From Myxococcota bacterium (GTDB lineage Bacteria; Myxococcota_A; UBA796; UBA2385), in the NCBI GenBank assembly GCA_044344255.1, contig JBIJDH010000002.1, positions 160,001 to 224,000 on the forward strand: 64,000 nucleotides of DNA, given 5' to 3'. Positions 60,495-64,000 of this stretch are shown here, piece by piece. The notes beneath the pieces were generated by a model. It was given only the letters and a program-made list of their open reading frames with translations, was not told where the DNA came from and made no database searches. A program made the position numbers and the translations under genes. How positions within the stretch are numbered: the first letter of the stretch is position 1; each line of letters opens with the position of its first letter.

Positions 60495-61603
60495 GCGCCC
60501 CTCCGGAACCACGTGCGCAGCGGGCCCATCTCCCAGACCTCCCGCACGCCGAAGATGCCCTGGGGGCGCCAGATCATCATCAGGATCAAGGTGAGCGCGT
60601 AGGCGATCATCCGGTAGTCCGAGAAGGAGCGGAGCAGCTCCGGCAGGACCGTGAGGACGGTGGCCGCGACCACCGTGCCGGAGATGGAGCCCATGCCGCC
60701 GAGCACCACCATGATCACGATCTCGAAGGACTTCTGGAAGCCGAGCTCGCGGGGGTTCAGGGTGGTGCCGACCTCGTGGGCGAAGAGCGCCCCGGCGACG
60801 CCGGCGAAGAAGGCGGCGTAGACGAAGGCCCGAACCTTGAGCTGGGTGGTGGGCACCCCCATCGCCTCGGCGGCGATCTCGTCCTCGCGGATCGAGAGCA
60901 AGGCCCGGCCGTGGGTGGACTCCTTCAGCCGCACGCTCGTCAGCACCACGACGACCACCGCGAGCCAGGCCCAGAAGAGGTTGGTGTAGAAGGGGATGCC
61001 GCCGAAGCCGAGCGAGCCGCCGAGGTGTGTGGCGAGGTCGGGGATCGACATCTCGCGGATCGCGGCGGCGTTGTCAGCCTCCGAGCCCACGAAGACGACG
61101 TCATCGGAGCGCTGCACGATGACCCGGAAGATCTCGCCGAAGCCGAGGGTGACGATGGCGAGGTAGTCGCCGCGCAGGCGGAGCGAGGGCAGGCCGACGA
61201 GGAGCCCGGCCAGCCCCGCCGCCACCCCGCCGAGGAGGGATCCGGCGACGAAGAGCAGCGAGCCCGACGTAAAGAGGCCCTCCTGCGCCACCGCGCTCCC
61301 GAAGAGGCGGTAGCTGCCGTAGTAGGTGACGGCCCCGGCCACGTAGCCGCCCACCGCCATGAAGCCGGCGTGCCCGATCGAGAACTGTCCGGTGAAGCCG
61401 TTGACGAGGTTGAGCGAGACGGCGAGCACGATGTTGATGCCCACGTCGGTGAGCACCTTGGCGTAGTAGCCGCCGAGGCTGGGCCCGACGGCCTGGAGCA
61501 GCGCCGCGAGGCCGATTCCGAGGACGAGCGGGGCGAGGCCGCGCAGCGTCGCGGTGGCGACGGAGGGCGCGAGGGCGGCGCTCCGTTCGGAGAGGTCGCG
61601 CAT
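60491..61603 (-). CDS. livM: Branched-chain amino acid ABC permease
   Basis: SLNLVNGFTGQFSIGHAGF, LRLRGDYLAIVTLGFGEI, IREDEIAA, VVLGGMGS. Confidence 0.95.
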   Translation of the reverse strand: MRDLSERSAALAPSVATATLRGLAPLVLGIGLAALLQAVGPSLGGYYAKVLTDVGINIVLAVSLNLVNGFTGQFSIGHAGFMAVGGYVAGAVTYYGSYRLFGSAVAQEGLFTSGSLLFVAGSLLGGVAAGLAGLLVGLPSLRLRGDYLAIVTLGFGEIFRVIVQRSDDVVFVGSEADNAAAIREMSIPDLATHLGGSLGFGGIPFYTNLFWAWLAVVVVVLTSVRLKESTHGRALLSIREDEIAAEAMGVPTTQLKVRAFVYAAFFAGVAGALFAHEVGTTLNPRELGFQKSFEIVIMVVLGGMGSISGTVVAATVLTVLPELLRSFSDYRMIAYALTLILMMIWRPQGIFGVREVWEMGPLRTWFRRGA

Positions 61604-62529
61604 CAGACCTTCTCCATCACCGCCCGCCCGAGCAGCCCTTGAGGCCGGAACAGGAGGACGAGGATGAGCAAGCAGAACACGTAGACGTCGCGGAGGTGAG
61701 GGGAGAGGTAGGCGGCGCCGAACATCTCGATCAGGCCGATGAGCAGGCCCCCCATCATCGCCCCGCGCAGGTTGCCGATGCCGCCGACCACCGCGGCCAC
61801 GAAGGCCTTGAGGCCGAGGAGGATCCAGGTCGGGTGCGCCGACTGGTTGATGCCCGGGTACTTCGCCGCCGTGAGGAAGCCTGCAGCGGCGGCCAGCGCC
61901 GAGCCGACGACAAAGGTGAAGGAGATCACGCGGTCGACGGGGATGCCCATCAGCGCGGCGGTGCGGGTGTCGTAGCTGACCGCGCGCATCGCGAGGCCGA
62001 GGCGGGTGTTGTGGATGATCCACTCGAGCGCCGCCATCAGGGCGAGGGCGACGCCCACGACGAGCACGTCTACGAGCTGGACCTGGACCCCCGCCACTTC
62101 GAAGAGGCTGGCCTCGGGGAGGAGGGTGGGCATCCGCTGGGGCTGCGCGCCGAAGGCGACCGGGAGCTGCCCGGTGTTCTCGATGAACAGGGAGACGCCG
62201 ATCGCGGTGATGAGCACGTTGATGCGGGGTGCGCCGCGCAGCGGACGGTAGGCGAGGCGCTCGATGATGAAGCCGAGGAGGCCGCAGATCGCCATCGAGC
62301 CGAAGAGCACGAAGACCCCGGCCCAGGCCGGCGGCGCGGCGTCGACCATGGCCCAGCCCATCGCCGAGGCGATGGCCCAGCTCACCCAGGCCCCCAGCAT
62401 GAACACGTCGCTGTGGGCGAAGTTGATGAAGCGGAGGATGCCGTAGACCATCGTGTAGCCGAGCGCGATGAGCGCGTAGAGGCTACCGACGGCCACGCCG
62501 TCCATCAGGGTCTGGAGGAGCTTGGTCAC
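61603..62529 (-). CDS. livH: Branched-chain amino acid ABC permease
   Basis: YALIALGYTMVYGILRFINFAH, ERLAYRPLR, KAFVAAVVGGIG. Confidence 0.95.
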   Translation of the reverse strand: MTKLLQTLMDGVAVGSLYALIALGYTMVYGILRFINFAHSDVFMLGAWVSWAIASAMGWAMVDAAPPAWAGVFVLFGSMAICGLLGFIIERLAYRPLRGAPRINVLITAIGVSLFIENTGQLPVAFGAQPQRMPTLLPEASLFEVAGVQVQLVDVLVVGVALALMAALEWIIHNTRLGLAMRAVSYDTRTAALMGIPVDRVISFTFVVGSALAAAAGFLTAAKYPGINQSAHPTWILLGLKAFVAAVVGGIGNLRGAMMGGLLIGLIEMFGAAYLSPHLRDVYVFCLLILVLLFRPQGLLGRAVMEKV

Positions 62530-62544
62530 GCGGGCGCCCCGAGG

Positions 62545-63855
62545 CTAGTGGGCCGGACCCGTGCTGCCGGCGGCGGGCGCGGCGGCTCCCTCCGCAGGCG
62601 CGGCGGTCGGCGTGGGGGCCGGGGCGGCGTTCGGCGGGTTGACGATGCCCACGAAGGTGGGCTTGCCACCCTTCATCTGGAGCATCACGGCCGGCTTCTG
62701 GGCGTTGCGCTCGGCGTCGATCGAGATGACGCCGGTGACCCCGTGGAAGTCCTTGGTCTCGGCGAGGGCCTTGGCGACGGCCTTGCCGTCGGTCGAGCCG
62801 GCCCGCTGGATGGCGTCGACGGTGATGCGGGTGGCGTCGTAGCCGAGCGCGCCCATGCCGTCGGGGATGCGGCCGTACTTGGCCTGGTACTTCTTGACGA
62901 ACTCGGCGACCTCGGGGCGGGTGTCCTCGGGGGCGTAGTGGTTCGAGTAGTAGCCGCCCTCGATCGCCGCGCCGCCGATCTCGGCGAGCTTGGGGGAGTC
63001 CCAGCCGTCGCCGCCGAGGAGCACGGCGTCAATGCCGAGCTTCTTGGCCTGGATCGCGATGTTTCCGACGTCGGTGTAGTAGCCCGGGATGAAGAGCGCC
63101 TGGGGCTTGGTGTCCCGGATGCTCGTGAGCTGGGCGCTGAAGTCTTGGTCACCGGCGGAGTAGGCCTGCTCGGTGGTCACCTTGCCGCCCTTGGCCACGA
63201 GCGCCTTGGCAAAGTCGTCCTTGAGGCCCTTCGAATAGGCGCTGGCCTGATCGTAGAGCACCGCGACGTTGTTGAGCTTGAGCGTCTCGGTGGCGAAGGC
63301 GGCCACCACGTAGCCCTGGAAGGGGTCAATGAAGCAGACCCGGAACACCATGTCGCCGATCTGGGTGACCGAGGGGTTGGTGCTGGCGGGGCTCACCATC
63401 GGCACGCCGTACTGCTGGGCCACGCGCCCGCCGGCGAGGGAGAGCGAGGAGGCGACCTCGCCCAAGATGGCCACGACCTTGTCGTCGGTGATGAGGCGGG
63501 TGACCGCGGTGCCGGCCTCCTGCGTCTTGCCCTGGGTGTCGTAGAGCTTGACGTCGACCTTCTTGCCAAGCACGCCGCCCGCGGCGTTGATCTCTTCGAG
63601 GGCCAGCATCACGCCCTCGTGGGTGCCCTGGCCGAAGGTGGCCTCCGCGCCGGTCATCGAGCCGTACTCTCCGAGCAGCACGACATCGGAGGCCGCTGCC
63701 GGGGGTGGCGTGGCCGGACCGCCCTTGGTCTCGGGGGCCGCGCCACCGCCACAGGCGGAGAGCCCGCAGGTGACGAGGACCAGGGCCGCCCCGAGGGCGG
63801 AGAGGGTGGTGCGCCGGCTGGCGCCGTTGGCGGAGAGACAGGACAGCAAGCCCAT
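62545..63855 (-). CDS. livK: Branched-chain amino acid ABC substrate-binding lipoprotein
   Basis: LSAC lipobox; SMTG..ATFG, EINAAGGVLG, FRVCFIDPFQG, LGGDGWD, GVTG.I. Confidence 0.92.
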   Translation of the reverse strand: MGLLSCLSANGASRRTTLSALGAALVLVTCGLSACGGGAAPETKGGPATPPPAAASDVVLLGEYGSMTGAEATFGQGTHEGVMLALEEINAAGGVLGKKVDVKLYDTQGKTQEAGTAVTRLITDDKVVAILGEVASSLSLAGGRVAQQYGVPMVSPASTNPSVTQIGDMVFRVCFIDPFQGYVVAAFATETLKLNNVAVLYDQASAYSKGLKDDFAKALVAKGGKVTTEQAYSAGDQDFSAQLTSIRDTKPQALFIPGYYTDVGNIAIQAKKLGIDAVLLGGDGWDSPKLAEIGGAAIEGGYYSNHYAPEDTRPEVAEFVKKYQAKYGRIPDGMGALGYDATRITVDAIQRAGSTDGKAVAKALAETKDFHGVTGVISIDAERNAQKPAVMLQMKGGKPTFVGIVNPPNAAPAPTPTAAPAEGAAAPAAGSTGPAH

Positions 63856-64000
63856 GCGGTTGACCTCGGAGAGTCGGCCCCCTAGCGGGCGCTTCGCGAC
63901 CCGTCAACAGCAGATCCGCCTGGAATCGAGATAGCCGGGGCGGTTCGGCCCTGCGCCACGGGGCCCGCCGGTGATAGGGCCCGTTGGATGTCGCCCTCCG

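Overview
High-GC (roughly 70% by eye) bacterial chromosome segment, most likely from a Myxococcota / deltaproteobacterial lineage: it has several MYXO-CTERM-like sorting tails, DUF507, FYDLN and Hanks-type kinases. About 55 real genes are present, and most long antisense ORFs in the track are GC shadows. 0.6-24.3 kb is mostly housekeeping: csrA, queA-tgt-yajC-secD-secF-ihfB, PIN-PhoH, rlmB, rseP, tsaB, a Usg-like Asd pseudo-enzyme, truA, rplM-rpsI and kdsB-pyrG-lptA-lptB-rpoN-hpf. 24-43 kb is envelope, lipoprotein and signalling genes. 43-58 kb holds algH, clpX, dnaJ-like, lon, a kinase-cyclase-STAND-TPR protein and a small variable patch. The window ends in a livKHMGF ABC operon. Best leads: (1) a small gene at 48793-49152 whose reading frame continues through an in-frame TGA that is followed 11 nt later by a SECIS-like GGUC-loop hairpin, so it is a candidate unannotated selenoprotein; (2) a sigma54-driven apparent polyprotein (13403-15886) in which an internal MYXO-CTERM-like tail runs straight into a second signal peptide and an outer-membrane beta-barrel; (3) a perfect inverted sigma54 site over the rpoN promoter; (4) a TraB-like barrel-OmpA gene coupled to a TSP3/MYXO-CTERM surface protein; (5) a truncated RAYT/IS200-like transposase scar. 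All family calls come from motif recognition by eye, not from database searches.
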